Part shown: positions 19,010 through 28,474 of the stretch, piece by piece | How positions within the stretch are numbered: position 1 is the first letter of the stretch | Layout of the letters: every line of letters begins with the position of its first letter | From: a virus | Strand: one strand, 5' to 3' | Length of the DNA: 64,000 nt | Virus record (IMG/VR): IMGVR_UViG_3300027976_000006 | Span: 64,001 to 128,000 of that record | The notes under the pieces: model-generated | Seen by the model: only the letters and a program-made list of their open reading frames with translations | Told to the model about the DNA's origin: nothing | The model's database searches: none | Program-made: the position numbers and the translations under genes

Positions 19010-20140
19010 ATGTCATTAGCAAAAGTAGCCAGTTATTACAGAATTAAAGTGGCTCGTCATTTGATTAATATCGTTTCGTTGCGGCAAGAGCTGGGTACTT
19101 ACAATGTAAACGGGCTGTTAAAAGCTGCGTCTGCGGGGCAGAGCAAAGAAGCTTGTTTGCGCTATGCGGGATTACACACGGCTATACTTTTTGAGCAGCG
19201 AGAGCTGGAGAAGCTCGGAGCAGTGGGCGGGTATAACTCGCAAATGCGAAAAGTGGCCGTTGGCAACTATGGCAGCATACCACCTGGAGGATTCAAAGAT
19301 TACCCGAAGCCAGCAACTCCAGCCCCTGATGCGATAAGAGCACAGGCAAGTAAGCCCGTCTCTAGTTATACACCGGATGCGATAAGAGCACAGGCAAGTA
19401 AGCCCGCACCTAGTTACACGCCTGGGCAAATTGACGATGGTGGTAGGGGTTTTGAGATGGACCGCCTAAATAAGACGGATACAGGCAATCGGCAACAAGC
19501 AGTACTTGACGCAAATCGGGCTGGTCGCCAAAACTTGCCCTCTGGTATGCTAGATCTTAATGCTAATATGCTGGGGAATCACAGCAAACTTCCAGACGCC
19601 CCAACCAGAGGTCAGCTTGCTGATGATGTCGCAGGGACAAGCACAGCAGCTCGGAGGGCAGCAATGGCACAAGCCGGTACAAATGTCGGGGGTGGCTTCC
19701 CTGTAGGCACAAATGGTAGAGTGGCGGGCACAAATGTCGGGGGCGGGCCGGCGGAAGGATTTGCAGCGGCGCAAGCGGCACAAGCGGTGGCAGCTGCCCC
19801 AGCTACATCCGTTCCTGCATCTGTGATTCCTAAGCCGGAGCAGGGCACTGCAAATGCAACGAGTGGATTAGGCTATGATCCGACAGGGTCCGGCAGCGCA
19901 GGAAGGTATTCCGAAACAGCAGACCCCGTAGAGGAGGCTTACACTAGGAGTCTAGGGGCATCGGGTTATGCGGGGCATGTCAGCGACACTGAAACACAAC
20001 CCGAAGCACAACCCGAAGCACAACCCGTGTCACAAGTGCAACAGGGGCGTGGTAGGCGCGGTGGGCGTGGTGGTCCAATACGCAATATGATAGGTAATGT
20101 GCAGCAAGGCCAAGGGCTATTTGGTAGGCGAGGCCGGTAA
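19010..20140 (+). CDS. low-complexity internal virion protein with KxA propeptide
   Basis: KVA/KAA/KLG/KVA in N-terminal ~85 aa; PDAIRAQASKP duplicated; Arg/Gly-rich C-terminus. Confidence 0.65.
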   Translation: MSLAKVASYYRIKVARHLINIVSLRQELGTYNVNGLLKAASAGQSKEACLRYAGLHTAILFEQRELEKLGAVGGYNSQMRKVAVGNYGSIPPGGFKDYPKPATPAPDAIRAQASKPVSSYTPDAIRAQASKPAPSYTPGQIDDGGRGFEMDRLNKTDTGNRQQAVLDANRAGRQNLPSGMLDLNANMLGNHSKLPDAPTRGQLADDVAGTSTAARRAAMAQAGTNVGGGFPVGTNGRVAGTNVGGGPAEGFAAAQAAQAVAAAPATSVPASVIPKPEQGTANATSGLGYDPTGSGSAGRYSETADPVEEAYTRSLGASGYAGHVSDTETQPEAQPEAQPVSQVQQGRGRRGGRGGPIRNMIGNVQQGQGLFGRRGR

Positions 20141-20182
20141 TTAAAATTGAACTTAGCTGATATTTTTATGTTGAGGTGAATT

Positions 20183-20845
20183 ATGTCGAAGTATGCAATG
20201 GAAAAACAAGCTTTTCACGCTAACCGCTTGTCTAGCTTAAACGCAGAAATAGCCCGTTACAACCCAGCCAGTTTGTTGAAGCAAGCGTCAACTTACCCAA
20301 CTACACATAACAAGCAGTTGTGTACTTATTACCTTGCATTAACTAAGCAGGCAGCCTTTGAGAAGAAAGCATTTCTAAAGGCAATTTTAAAAGCTTTGAT
20401 GAAACCAAAGATTAGTCTACTTCCTGCCGCTGGTCTACTGGGGGCATATAGCTACGGGCCAAGTGCAATCAAGGCGACTGGTAGTGCAATTGGTGGTGCT
20501 GCAGATGCTGCTGTGGAAGGAACACAAAATCTTCTACACAGAGCTGGAAGAGGATGGCAAGGGCTGTGGTCAGATCCGACGAGTGATATGTCAAGCAAAG
20601 GTATAAATAAAAAAGTAGAAGAAAGTCTTAAGCCTGTGACTAAACCTACCGGGATACAGCTAGCGCCAAAAACCCGTTGGGTGCAGGTAGACGATGACTC
20701 ATTAAGTCCGGAGCAGAGACGCAGATATTATACTGAGGGTGCCAACACTGGATTTGAAGATTATCAAATTAGCCCAGCAACACGTGGGCAAGTGCCTTAT
20801 AGAAGGCCTCCTACTTATCCTGGGTATTATAGTGGTAATCATTAG
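20183..20845 (+). CDS. internal virion protein with KxA propeptide and hydrophobic segment
   Basis: KYA, KQA x3, KKA; N-terminus resembles ORF 19010. Confidence 0.65.
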   Translation: MSKYAMEKQAFHANRLSSLNAEIARYNPASLLKQASTYPTTHNKQLCTYYLALTKQAAFEKKAFLKAILKALMKPKISLLPAAGLLGAYSYGPSAIKATGSAIGGAADAAVEGTQNLLHRAGRGWQGLWSDPTSDMSSKGINKKVEESLKPVTKPTGIQLAPKTRWVQVDDDSLSPEQRRRYYTEGANTGFEDYQISPATRGQVPYRRPPTYPGYYSGNH

Positions 20846-21079
20846 TTTTTTGTTAAAAATGTTGACAATTATTTAGCTTAACCAAATCACATCTTGCTTC
20901 ATTTGTGCGATTGTTATAGGCTCGTTTAAAGTCAAATAAGCTCTGTTTGCTAACTTTCACCAGCGTCGCACCGTCATGGAGGATTTGCGTATGTCGGTTA
21001 AGCTTAAGCAGAATATCCACATCCAAGTCATACCCCCTTGTTCCGTGCTTGGGTGACACCTAGCGTTTTGAGGTGTCTA

Positions 21080-21496
21080 ATGAAACTTTTTTGGGCTGGT
21101 TTATTCTTGTTCGCTGGCCTAGTCGTGTGGGGAATTTTTCCCGACCCATCCTCAAATGTATTTATACCCCCTGAGCCACCTTCGCAAATTGCGGAAATGG
21201 TATCACATCACCACGCAATATTTGAAGGGCCTCGCTCGGGCAAGTGGCCAACGGTTAGGCAGCGGTTTATTGCAGTGCACTCTCGTTGTGCGGCGTGTGG
21301 TAGCCCCCTTAACTTAAATGTCCATCATTTGATTAGTTTTCACGAACAACCAGAGTTGGAGTTAGATCCAGATAACTTAATTACTTTATGCCGCTTGCAC
21401 CATTTTTTGCTGGGGCATTCCAGTAACTGGTCAGACACTAACGAAAACTGCAAGGAAGCAGTTAAAGTTTATCGTCGTTTGCATCCGTGGAAATAG
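21080..21496 (+). CDS. HNH endonuclease with N-terminal hydrophobic segment
   Basis: CAACG..NVHHL..DPDNLITLCRLHH; GAGG RBS before ATG 21080. Confidence 0.8.
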   Translation: MKLFWAGLFLFAGLVVWGIFPDPSSNVFIPPEPPSQIAEMVSHHHAIFEGPRSGKWPTVRQRFIAVHSRCAACGSPLNLNVHHLISFHEQPELELDPDNLITLCRLHHFLLGHSSNWSDTNENCKEAVKVYRRLHPWK

Positions 21497-21521
21497 GCTG
21501 TTAATTACCAAGGAGGGTGAT

Positions 21522-21872
21522 ATGGCTAATAGAATAGATAAACGAAATACAAAGTTTCATGATGTTTTGCGAATGCTACGCAAAGAGTGTAAAGTAGCTA
21601 GACCTATAAAGGTAGTAAGTAAGGATTTAAACAAGGAAAAGTTATGTGGCTGCTGCATAGCCTATTTAGACAAGTATGGCGGGGTAAGTCGTTTCGTCAT
21701 TGAAGTTGATAACAATCTTGCTCCGGTTACCGCGATCGACACGCTTTTACACGAATGGGCGCATGCGTTAAACCAAGTGGCTAATGGAGTCACAGGTGAA
21801 CCACACAGTGGCAGCTGGGGTAAATGTTACGCACGTGTGTGGCGTTCTTATGTCACAAAAATAATTGATTAA
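21522..21872 (+). CDS. zincin metalloprotease-like protein (SprT/ImmA-like)
   Basis: LLHEWAHAL followed by PHSGSWG. Confidence 0.7.
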   Translation: MANRIDKRNTKFHDVLRMLRKECKVARPIKVVSKDLNKEKLCGCCIAYLDKYGGVSRFVIEVDNNLAPVTAIDTLLHEWAHALNQVANGVTGEPHSGSWGKCYARVWRSYVTKIID

Positions 21873-21877
21873 TTTAT

Positions 21878-21906
21878 TTGACTATGCCCTTTTAAATAGG
21901 TACAAA
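21878..21906 (+). promoter_or_regulatory. possible sigma70-type promoter
   Basis: TTGACT-17 bp-TACAAA upstream of ORF 21951. Confidence 0.35.
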
Positions 21907-21950
21907 TTATCTGCTTTAGGCTGCCTATGTACTAAATCCAAGGAGGGTAT

Positions 21951-22724
21951 ATGGCTTGGTACAATCGAGAAGACAAAGAAATTATTAATTTTATGGTTCT
22001 TGGAAATCAACACTCTGGGTATGGTTTATTACAATCTTCCTTAGCCGCGCATCCTGATATAGTATGCCACGGTGATTTACTTCACGACGACGAAAAGATT
22101 AGAAAAATTGAGCATTCCATGTACTTTGGAACGGCGGATAAGGTCACTGATCACTTTGATCCATCACATCTTAGTGTAGAACAATACTTTAATAACAAAA
22201 TTTTTGATAACATTTTTCACGGCGAAAAAGCCGTAGGTGTAAAGGTAAGCTACGATCATTTACGCCGCTACGATTTGTGGGAGTACATTGATCAGCGATG
22301 CCGCCAAGGTGATTTCTGTCTGGTGCATGTTGTCCGTAACCCGATTTCTTGCTATGTGGCCTGGAAACAGCAACACGTACTTAGCCGAGTTGAAAGCGGC
22401 AGCCGAGAACGATTGCCGGCTATTTGGGTGGACGCAGCAGAATTGACACAATTTGTACGGGAGCATGCGGCCACCGCAGCAAAAATAAATCGACTTTGTC
22501 CTGATCGCGCAATTATTCCTTACCACGAATTGATTTTAGATTTTCGCGGCGTGTTGGAAAAGTTGCTAGAATTCTTAGAATTGAAGTTTAGCTCAGTGTG
22601 TTTGCCTAACCAAAAGCGGGCACAGTGTAAGGATATACGCAGCCGGGTGACGAATTGGACAGATTTAAAAAATACAGTTCCTCGTGATGTTCTTGAATAT
22701 GCGGATAGCCCGACTTTATTTTAA
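21951..22724 (+). CDS. Stf0-like sulfotransferase-family protein, degenerate PAPS motifs
   Basis: FMVLGNQHSGYGLL..HPDIVCHGDLL, AVGVK, VHVVRNP, YHEL. Confidence 0.7.
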   Translation: MAWYNREDKEIINFMVLGNQHSGYGLLQSSLAAHPDIVCHGDLLHDDEKIRKIEHSMYFGTADKVTDHFDPSHLSVEQYFNNKIFDNIFHGEKAVGVKVSYDHLRRYDLWEYIDQRCRQGDFCLVHVVRNPISCYVAWKQQHVLSRVESGSRERLPAIWVDAAELTQFVREHAATAAKINRLCPDRAIIPYHELILDFRGVLEKLLEFLELKFSSVCLPNQKRAQCKDIRSRVTNWTDLKNTVPRDVLEYADSPTLF

Positions 22725-22735
22725 AAGGAGTAAGT

Positions 22736-23497
22736 GTGGCCGAGAACAATAAAGCAGAAAAACAAAGGGTGTGCATTGTTTGTATTGCCAAGGACGAGGA
22801 CAGAACCATACAAGAATGGGTGGATTACCACCTCAAATTAGGCTTTGATAAAATTTTTATTTACCAAAACGACTGGACTTGCCCCATTGAATGTGCCCAG
22901 CTTGTGAAACTGCGCGCGGATGGAAATGAGCGGCAGATGCCGGCGTACAATCATTGGCTTTCATCCGGATACCGAAACGATTTTGATTGGGTAGCAATTA
23001 TCGACTGTGACGAGTTTATTGTGTTGCACAAACACAAAACCATATCGGAATTTATTTCTGAATTTGATGTAACCAGTACGGCTGGCGTGTCCGCAAATTG
23101 GGTTATGTTCGGTAGCGGGGGCCAACAATTACCAACCCCAAACCCAGAAAGTCTTATTAAAAGATTTACATTCAGACAAAAAGACCCATATGCGGTTGTA
23201 AAGCCGATACTTAATTTAAAAATGAAATTCAGCATACCTAATCCACATTATCCAAGCCTACCCACCATTGATACTAATCACAGAAAATTTGTAGGGGCAT
23301 ACAACCCAGATGGTCCAATTGATATCATTCAGATAAATCATTACCAACATAAATCCAGACAAGAATGGATTGAAAGGATTCAGCGTGGGTCGGCTGACGG
23401 GCGTCCCAAGCAAATGGATAATTGGGACAAAGAAAGCCATAGTTATCACGATGTCGAAGATTTAAAAGCATTAAATTTCCTTTATGGGGGGCATTAA
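22736..23497 (+). CDS. glycosyltransferase (GT2_4/GT92-like)
   Basis: IAKDEDRTIQEWVDYH..GFD, IIDCDEF, NWVMFGS, INHY. Confidence 0.85.
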   Translation: MAENNKAEKQRVCIVCIAKDEDRTIQEWVDYHLKLGFDKIFIYQNDWTCPIECAQLVKLRADGNERQMPAYNHWLSSGYRNDFDWVAIIDCDEFIVLHKHKTISEFISEFDVTSTAGVSANWVMFGSGGQQLPTPNPESLIKRFTFRQKDPYAVVKPILNLKMKFSIPNPHYPSLPTIDTNHRKFVGAYNPDGPIDIIQINHYQHKSRQEWIERIQRGSADGRPKQMDNWDKESHSYHDVEDLKALNFLYGGH

Positions 23498-23499
23498 GC

Positions 23500-24153
23500 A
23501 TGATCAAGTTAGACCGAGCAACTATCTTGTACGGCGAAAAACAATGGAAGCAATATCAAAAGGATATGCTCCTTGTGTTAATGGAAGCTAATGCGGGTCA
23601 GAATATTACACTGCAGGTTCCCGTTCCAGAGTCATATCCATGCCTAGTTTATTTGCCGCATACGCCAACAGCTATTTCAGACACATTAACCATTAATTGC
23701 TGTTACATTTACACCGAGGAGCCAGAAAAACTGCTAGAGAAGTTAAAAACGGAGGGCACACTCGATCTTACCTCGCTTGCCCGTAAACTTAGATGTTACG
23801 GTTACGTAGCGCCTCAAGCTAGTTTAGATGCGTCCGACGAAGCCGACGAAGTTGTTTTTGATGATGACAATTATCAGCCAACTGAAGATTCTTTTGAAAG
23901 TGACGCTGCCGAGCTTCAAGATGAATTCAGGGATAAGCCGGCTGTCGCAAAATCTTATGTCCCCACATCGGCGGCTGTGCTACTGTTGTCCTTAGTTGTC
24001 GAGTTACGCAGCATAGGTGCTTTACGCCTAGACCACATGCTAGACACAGTAAAAGAAATAGAACAATGGATGACAGCCAATCAAGAAGAAAACTCGCAGC
24101 TTAATGCACTGGAATTATTAAAAAGGCTATGGGACGAACAGACTGATCGATAA
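23500..24153 (+). CDS. hypothetical acidic protein
   Basis: 217 aa ORF, coupled to previous gene. Confidence 0.65.
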   Translation: MIKLDRATILYGEKQWKQYQKDMLLVLMEANAGQNITLQVPVPESYPCLVYLPHTPTAISDTLTINCCYIYTEEPEKLLEKLKTEGTLDLTSLARKLRCYGYVAPQASLDASDEADEVVFDDDNYQPTEDSFESDAAELQDEFRDKPAVAKSYVPTSAAVLLLSLVVELRSIGALRLDHMLDTVKEIEQWMTANQEENSQLNALELLKRLWDEQTDR

Positions 24154-24193
24154 GATTATTGCTCAGCGCGGTATTCTACTGTATTTCCTACTC

Positions 24194-24223
24194 TTGTCGT
24201 TGCGACACCTATCCCGGTATAAT
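24194..24223 (+). promoter_or_regulatory. sigma70-type promoter for the downstream ncRNA
   Basis: TTGTCG-18 bp-TATAAT ending 6 nt before the RNA terminal stem. Confidence 0.5.
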
Positions 24224-24229
24224 CAGCTT

Positions 24230-24416
24230 AAGTGGCTTTATCGCAGGTGCCGATAGGTTAGGAGATGCAACACAGCTAGGATAGACGTGATTTGCATCGG
24301 GATAGCTGGGCGAGTGAAAAACAGCCAGCTGGTGGAGTTTCAGTCGCACCTTATGACTGTTACAGGCGGAACGCTTCCGCACCGGGCTTGAGGGAGGGGA
24401 TCTCAAGGGGTCACTT
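24230..24416 (+). ncRNA. candidate structured ncRNA (~190 nt) with kissing loops
   Basis: Terminal stem AAGTGGCTTT/GGGGTCACTT enclosing six hairpins; loops AGGTGC and GCACCT are complementary. Confidence 0.6.
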
Positions 24417-24434
24417 CACTATTTTTATGTAAGG

Positions 24435-24788
24435 ATGCCGCTAAGCATGACAAGTACGCAATATCAAGTTTTAACTAATGTACAAGAACGGCTAATGCAG
24501 CAGACAGCCTCAATTGATACTACCCTGGGGCATATGAGCCAAGATATTAATATTTTGTGTAAGTTGGTGCGCGACGGGAACGGACAGCCTTCCATTTTGC
24601 AGCGATTAACTCAAGCCGAAATAGTCCTTGCGGGGCAGATTAAATCACTGGAAGAAATTGGCCGGCATGCTAATTCTATAACGGCATCTCGCATGCTGAC
24701 ACACACCCAGTTAATAGTAGGATTATCAGGTATGATTCTTACTGTGCTGCTCTCCTCATTTTCGGTTTATGCCGCATTTATAAAATAA
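24435..24788 (+). CDS. coiled-coil protein with C-terminal TM helix (holin/XhlA-like)
   Basis: LVRDGNGQPSILQRL; hydrophobic C-terminus. Confidence 0.5.
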   Translation: MPLSMTSTQYQVLTNVQERLMQQTASIDTTLGHMSQDINILCKLVRDGNGQPSILQRLTQAEIVLAGQIKSLEEIGRHANSITASRMLTHTQLIVGLSGMILTVLLSSFSVYAAFIK

Positions 24789-24801
24789 GTTAGGAGTTTT
24801 T

Positions 24802-25371
24802 ATGAGTTTGCTTTTTACAGTGGACATTCCAGATTATAGACATTTGCTGTTGTACGATGTCGTAAGTTGTCCCGAGAAGCGAGCTGAAGTAAAAATGACT
24901 GGGTTGTTACAGGTTACTAGTTCTGGTTATCTAATTATTGGTGTGCCTACTGCCTTAGTTCGTGGAATTTTTGATGCTATGCACGAGCCTGGTATTTCTT
25001 TGCCCAATGCGGTAGACGAAGGAGCTTTGCGTGCCGGGATCGTGGTGATGACCCCTGCCGAGCTTGAGCAGGCAGGCGGTTCTGATTACATTAGCGAAAG
25101 AGGCAAGAACTTTACTTACTATCTTGGCGGGCTTAAAGAGACACAAGCCATAGGTTGGCCCGGTGTCTCCACTTGTTGGCACATGAAAATAAAGTCGCCA
25201 GATTTAGGTAAATTACGCCGAAGCTACGGGCTGCCCACTAAAGTCGAAGGAGACTCCGACTTTTCTATTGTGGTGGCGGTACGAAAAACCGGTGTACTGG
25301 CTGGCAATGCTGCGAGTAAAGTTATGAAGCAGAAGGATTCGCAGAAGCTTCCAAGTTGGACGCTGCCTTAA
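24802..25371 (+). CDS. 2H-phosphoesterase-fold protein lacking both catalytic His
   Basis: GYL..VP, AGIVVM (HxS position), SPDLGKLRRSYGLP, FSIVVA (HxT position). Confidence 0.5.
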   Translation: MSLLFTVDIPDYRHLLLYDVVSCPEKRAEVKMTGLLQVTSSGYLIIGVPTALVRGIFDAMHEPGISLPNAVDEGALRAGIVVMTPAELEQAGGSDYISERGKNFTYYLGGLKETQAIGWPGVSTCWHMKIKSPDLGKLRRSYGLPTKVEGDSDFSIVVAVRKTGVLAGNAASKVMKQKDSQKLPSWTLP

Positions 25372-25534
25372 GCTTATCTTGGATTAACTTGGCTATCTCG
25401 TGGCGGTGTACTACAATTTCTCGTGGAGCTTTTATCCCAATTTGAATTTTGTCCCCACGGATGCCGACAATGGTAATGGAGATGTTATCACTAATTTGAA
25501 TACTTTCGCCTTTTTTTCTACTTAACACTAGCAT
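25322..25534 (-). CDS. csrA: carbon storage regulator CsrA/RsmA
   Basis: MLVLSRKKGESIQI..IGIKAPREIVVHRHEI. Confidence 0.95.
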   Translation of the reverse strand: MLVLSRKKGESIQISDNISITIVGIRGDKIQIGIKAPREIVVHRHEIAKLIQDKLKAASNLEASANPSAS

Positions 25535-25619
25535 TTGAGGTATCCTTCCTTAGAACGGGAATGCCGAGAATTTTACTACATTACTTATTTAGCAAGAAGA
25601 AGTCAAGTAAGGAGTTGCC

Positions 25620-26057
25620 ATGGAAGCTTTTCTTCAGAGGTTGCGTACTGATGCAAACTTAGCTTACAAAGCGGCGGCTAGCCACAATGGTTGGTATATC
25701 GGCGACTCGCATATAAAAGGTAAAGGTATTTTTGCCTCCAAGGATTTTAATGAAGGTGCTCAGATTGGGCAAGGCGGTGCGGCGGGCGGTGAAGATGAAT
25801 TTGGGTCTAAAATCTGGAATTTAACGGAGTTGGCCCGTTATTGTAACCATCAGTGGAAATCGAACGTTGACATAAAGAAAAATAATGATCAGCTTGATTT
25901 AATCGCTAATAAAAAAATTAATAAAGATGAGGAAATTGTGGCGGATTATTCACAAATTTCTCGGGCGCTCGGAGCTAGATCCCGCATGCTGTGGCAGGGT
26001 AAAGATGTTCCTACTACAGATTTTTCGGACTATACTGAGAAAGACGCGCGTAATTAA
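25620..26057 (+). CDS. SET-domain protein methyltransferase
   Basis: SHIKGKGIFA, ARYCNH, INKDEEIVADY. Confidence 0.85.
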   Translation: MEAFLQRLRTDANLAYKAAASHNGWYIGDSHIKGKGIFASKDFNEGAQIGQGGAAGGEDEFGSKIWNLTELARYCNHQWKSNVDIKKNNDQLDLIANKKINKDEEIVADYSQISRALGARSRMLWQGKDVPTTDFSDYTEKDARN

Positions 26058-26104
26058 TAAGTAAACCTGTCTCGACAATAACAACATTTAACTAGGAGAT
26101 ATCC

Positions 26105-28384
26105 GTGCAAATCGCTTCATTTAAAAAGGATTCTACTTCACAAAAGCGTAATGGTCTAACAGTCAAAAAGCGAAACGGCAAAGTGGTAAATTTTGATCAA
26201 GCTCGCATTTATACCGCATTACATCGATGTTTAGTAAGTGAGTTAAAGTATGATGAGGCTGAGGCGGTGCGCATTAGCAAAATGGTTGGTGAGCAGGTAT
26301 ACAATATCGTGGGTAGCGACAATAAGATAGTTGGTGTCGAAGAGATACAAAATTTAGTTGAAACTCAATTGATGGCTAATGGGCTGTACCTTGTGGCCAA
26401 ACAATATATTCTCTTTAGAGAAGTAAAGAGACAGCAACGAGAAAACGCACCATTACCCGAGGCAGTTGTTGCCGCATTTCAAGAGAATGACACTTATTTT
26501 AGTAATGAATTACAGAAGTTTCAAGCTTTGGACAAGTTTGCACGCTTTGTGCCAGAGCTAGGGCGGAGGGAGACTTGGCCTGAAACAGTAGACCGAGTTA
26601 ATCAATTTTTTCAAGCACATTGTAAGCGTGAAAATTATACTGTAACTGACGAAGAGTGGGAAAACCTTAAACAAGGTCTTTTGCGTCTAGAGTCTGCACC
26701 TTCCATGCGCTGCGTGCAGATGGCTGGACCTGCGCTAGAGAGATGCCATGTCGGTGTGTATAATTGCTCGTTCCAAATATTACAAGATACAACGGACATG
26801 GCTGAAGAACTGTATGTCTTAATGCAGGGCACAGGTGTTGGTTTTTCAGTGGAAGAAGAATTTAGCGTAGAAAAGTTTCCGCGCGTTAAGCGACAAAAGA
26901 AGCACAGTGAGCTTCTTACCTATGTGATCGAGGACAGCACTGAAGGTTGGTGTGATGCCTACAAGGCAGGGCTAGATGCGTGGTGGGCCGGTGAAGATAT
27001 TCATTTTGATTACAGCCGGATACGGGCGAAAGGCACGCCACTTAAGATTAAGGGGGGGAGGGCGTCGGGTCCTGGGCCATTAAAGGATTTACTGGAGTTT
27101 GCCAAGGCAAGAATTACGGCAAGGCAGGGGCGTTATCTCTCTAGTCTAGACCTACATGACATTAATTGTTTTGCCCATAGGATTGTGCGGATGGGAGGGG
27201 TGCGCAGAGCGAGTGGCATCTCGTTGTCAGATTTACAAGACCGAGAAATGCGTGATTGCAAGCAGCAAGGTTTTTGGACCACCAACGAGCAGCGCAATCA
27301 GGCTAACAATTCAGCCGTATATAACGAAAAACCGGATCAGCTGGTGTGGATGGAGGAGTGGTTATCTATAGCTAACTCGGGGACAGGAGAACGGGGTATT
27401 TTCAATAGGGGCGGGTTAAAGAATCAATTCCCTAAACGGCGTAAGCATCAGGGCCATTTTTTCGGGACCAACCCCTGCGGAGAGATTATTTTAAGGCACA
27501 AACAATTTTGTAACTTGTCTATTGCCGTTATTCGCACTACGGATTCGTACGAAGACATCGCACGAAAAGTAGAATTAGCTACAATTTGGGGGACATTGCA
27601 AGCCACTATGACTCGCTTTAATTACATAGGTGAAGAATGGAAAAAGAATAGCGAGGAAGAACGATTACTAGGAGTAGATTTGCTTGGTTTTCTTGATCAT
27701 CCGCTATTTCAGGATAACGCAAAAGCTGGTGTAATCCTGGCTAAATTGTTATGTTTAGTCAATGAAGTTAACGCCAAATGGTCGGCTCGTTTGGGTATTA
27801 ACATCTCTGCTGCTACTACATGTATTAAGCCGTCAGGGGATAGTAGCGTGTTCTTTAACACAGCAGCCGGGTTTAAAGGGCATCACGGAAAGTGGTACGT
27901 TAGACGCGTTAGAGCAAACACCACTAACCCTGTGGCACAGATGCTAAAAGATGAAGGCGTACCTTGCCTCGACGATTACGATGGCAGCGGTTTGGTATTG
28001 GAGTTTCCTATGCAGGCACCCGAAGGTGGTGTGTTGTTAGAAACGCAAACAGTTTTGAGCCAGCTAGAGAAATGGAAAACGTTTAAGCTGCATTGGACCG
28101 AGCACAATCCTAGTGTCACGATATATATTCGTCCTTCCGAGTGGCTGGACGCGGGCAAATGGGTTTACGATAACTGGGATATTGTTGGAGGTTTAAGCTT
28201 CCTGCCTTACGACGGGGGTATATACCATTTAGCCCCGTATGAAGCAATTTCGGAGGAGGAGTACGATCGCAGGGTTGCGGCTATGCCTACGATCAACTGG
28301 GCTAAGCTGATTCGTTACGAGAAATCAGATATGACTGATTTGCACCAGCAGACGGCCTGCACGGGTGGGGCTTGCGCTGTTTAA
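26105..28384 (+). CDS. nrdJ: class II (AdoCbl) ribonucleotide reductase with N-terminal ATP cone
   Basis: VKKRNG ATP cone, RRETWPETVDR, GTGVGFS, GGVRR, TNPCGEI, IKPSG, C-terminal CTGGAC. Confidence 0.92.
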   Translation: MQIASFKKDSTSQKRNGLTVKKRNGKVVNFDQARIYTALHRCLVSELKYDEAEAVRISKMVGEQVYNIVGSDNKIVGVEEIQNLVETQLMANGLYLVAKQYILFREVKRQQRENAPLPEAVVAAFQENDTYFSNELQKFQALDKFARFVPELGRRETWPETVDRVNQFFQAHCKRENYTVTDEEWENLKQGLLRLESAPSMRCVQMAGPALERCHVGVYNCSFQILQDTTDMAEELYVLMQGTGVGFSVEEEFSVEKFPRVKRQKKHSELLTYVIEDSTEGWCDAYKAGLDAWWAGEDIHFDYSRIRAKGTPLKIKGGRASGPGPLKDLLEFAKARITARQGRYLSSLDLHDINCFAHRIVRMGGVRRASGISLSDLQDREMRDCKQQGFWTTNEQRNQANNSAVYNEKPDQLVWMEEWLSIANSGTGERGIFNRGGLKNQFPKRRKHQGHFFGTNPCGEIILRHKQFCNLSIAVIRTTDSYEDIARKVELATIWGTLQATMTRFNYIGEEWKKNSEEERLLGVDLLGFLDHPLFQDNAKAGVILAKLLCLVNEVNAKWSARLGINISAATTCIKPSGDSSVFFNTAAGFKGHHGKWYVRRVRANTTNPVAQMLKDEGVPCLDDYDGSGLVLEFPMQAPEGGVLLETQTVLSQLEKWKTFKLHWTEHNPSVTIYIRPSEWLDAGKWVYDNWDIVGGLSFLPYDGGIYHLAPYEAISEEEYDRRVAAMPTINWAKLIRYEKSDMTDLHQQTACTGGACAV

Positions 28385-28474
28385 GCTCAGCTTAGTCTAG
28401 CTATGCGTGGCATAAATCAAGTAAGATAGTCAGGTGTATGCCGTTTTGGAATATGACTTTGCACCCGTAACTTA

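Noticed and set aside
26105-28384. Intein or intron in RNR; alternative genetic code
   Set aside because: ORF is normal length with no splice motifs; long genes are uninterrupted and TAA, TAG and TGA all act as stops
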